NCBI GenBank assembly: GCA_000826855.1 | Contig: JTLS01000014.1 | Span: 1 to 52,027 of the forward strand | DNA length: 52,027 nt | Reading direction: 5' to 3' | Source: Basidioascus undulatus | Taxonomy: Eukaryota | Part shown: piece by piece, positions 50,367 to 52,027 of the stretch | How the letters are laid out: each line of letters begins with the position of its first letter | How positions within the stretch are numbered: position 1 is the first letter of the stretch | The notes under the pieces: model-generated | Told to the model about the DNA's origin: nothing | Seen by the model: only the letters and a program-made list of their open reading frames with translations | Databases searched by the model: none | Made by a program: the position numbers and the translations under genes

Positions 50367-51759
50367 GAAGGCCGCTTTGCGTCCTTTCATGCGAACATCC
50401 TCCTGCACAAATTAACTCATGACCCAGTTCAAAACGGAAAGTGTAGATAAGATCGCACTGTCCAAAGCTCTGGGAACGGTGCGGCTCTGCGCGAATGTGC
50501 AAGTGAATGAGTGGGGACTTGGCTAGCATGTCGACTGCGAGATTATGCTCCGCACCGGTAAGCAACCATTAATTTGGTCCTGAGGCTCCAAGGAATAGTC
50601 GTTACCGACAACGACAGGTCCACAATAACAGATCTGCTTTCGACCACGTCCCAGGCTCTCCGAGTCCCTTACACCCTCTCCTGGACCTGCTGCGCCTTCC
50701 TGTGCTCCCTCATAGCCGCCTACCAATGGCGTCAACACCTCTAATGACGAAGACTTTTCCTGCACATATTAATTCACTTTCACACTCCAGTGTCCCTTGG
50801 GTTTCAGCGTACAGCGCCGCATCCAATCGCAGCGCTTGCGTTCCCTAGTCAGATCGTATTCAGCTGCCGTGCCTTCTTCCTTTCCACAGTATTCAGCTAC
50901 TCAGTTTGAAAACAGAGTTCTCATGCCCGAGCTTCGCAAGTACTCGGTCGGAGGGTGGAACAGGCAATGACAATGATGCAGTCTGTCGTAGCGCAGGAAC
51001 CTTGAGGATTGGTTGAGCTGCTTCGTTTAAGAATATTGCGAATGAAGACATTCTGGACTGCTAAAAGCAGCTTGTGCCTTCAGACGGTGGGACACAGTCG
51101 AGCGTCTGGGCAGGCAAGAGGGCAAAGAGGGCAGAGGCAGACTCCAGAGCGCCGGAGCGGCAAACACCAGGCCTGCAATGGCTTGCTCACGGCGCACCTC
51201 CTACCCGCACGACCCATTTTCTTGACAGTCTCCGTACTGAGGTTTCGTACGCACTACAAGGTAAGCCTCATAAAATTCACCATGAAGAGCATGCTCATTG
51301 AAGCCTTGTTTGAGCTCAGCTGCCGCGCCCCAGCGCCGCCCCTTCCCCGCACCTCCTCGCTCGCGGACGCGTCGCGTCCTACCCTCCATCCCGCCTCGCT
51401 TTTCCGGATCCTCCACTTCTTACTCCCGCTTGAAAATTACGCTGACAGTGTCGAAGCATACTCTGAGCGTATCGGTCTCCTGGTAATCGTCGCAAGGTGA
51501 GTGGTATTCGTCCTGGGCGCCGGCGAGGTCCACCCTCTTGCGCGTCGCGTGAGGGGACGTGTGGTTGCTGGAAAACGAGGGGGACGGCATCGAGTGCGCT
51601 TTAGAGGCACGGCAAAAGGTGTCGGGACGCTTGGTGGACTAGGAGCGCCTTGGAAAGGGCGGCTCGGGCGCTCGGGACATATACTCAGAAGCCGTTGACG
51701 GTCCCCTTGCTCACACCGCTCACGCCCGCGCTCCCCGTACCCCAGGACAAATCATCGCC

Positions 51760-52027
51760 ATGGCTGACACCGCAACAGCACAATCTGAATTGGCCGTGGG
51801 ACCTTCATCGATCGCAGCAAGTCCCGCCGAAACCGTCGCGCTCCCCGCCGCGGAGACCCAGCCATCGCGAAGCGACGCGGTACCGCCTAGCGACCCTTCC
51901 GGTTCTTCCTCCCTTCGCAACCAGCCCACAAACCCCCCTTTCCCCGCCCCACACGCCGATTTCCCCATCTCTTCTATCCGCCCGCCCGCCTCCCCTTCAC
52001 CAAGCGTGGCTTCGACGCCGGCCTCCC
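51760..52027 (+). CDS. Partial gene with low-complexity P/S/A-rich N-terminus, running off the window
   Basis: GCCATGG start just after a GT-AG intron (about 51497-51745). The frame MADTATAQSELAVG... stays open to the window end. Confidence 0.5.
   Translation, partial: MADTATAQSELAVGPSSIAASPAETVALPAAETQPSRSDAVPPSDPSGSSSLRNQPTNPPFPAPHADFPISSIRPPASPSPSVASTPAS

Noticed and set aside
51009..51500. 163-aa ORF as an independent gene
   Set aside because: No motif, and it ends at a GTGAGT donor. More likely a 5' leader exon of the gene starting at 51760.

Overview
Eukaryotic, intron-dense, GC-rich fungal DNA. Gene architecture and protein families point to a basidiomycete; the species cannot be named from sequence alone. 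Exon structures were reconstructed by hand, and family calls rest on recalled motifs, not database searches. Apparently intact genes: TAF2 fused to three bromodomains (+), a Gfo/Idh/MocA-type oxidoreductase (+), UBA3 (-), two tandem WCGPC thioredoxins (-), a WCPDC TRP14/DUF953 thioredoxin-like gene (+), a HAD hydrolase (-), TTI1 (+), a velvet-domain regulator (+), an XanA-like alpha-KG dioxygenase (+) and a partial gene at the right edge. Decayed accessory genes lie between them (F-box/LRR-like relics, small secreted proteins). Main observations: (1) the first TAF2 intron appears to be a U2-like AT-AC intron; (2) five thioredoxin-fold genes, two of them N-terminally extended TRP14 paralogs lacking the nucleophilic cysteine (WNENC, WDEDC); (3) a 12-nt microexon carrying a thioredoxin active site and a 3-nt microexon in the oxidoreductase; (4) complementary N- and C-terminal cytochrome P450 pseudogene halves on opposite strands, consistent with a ~19 kb inversion.
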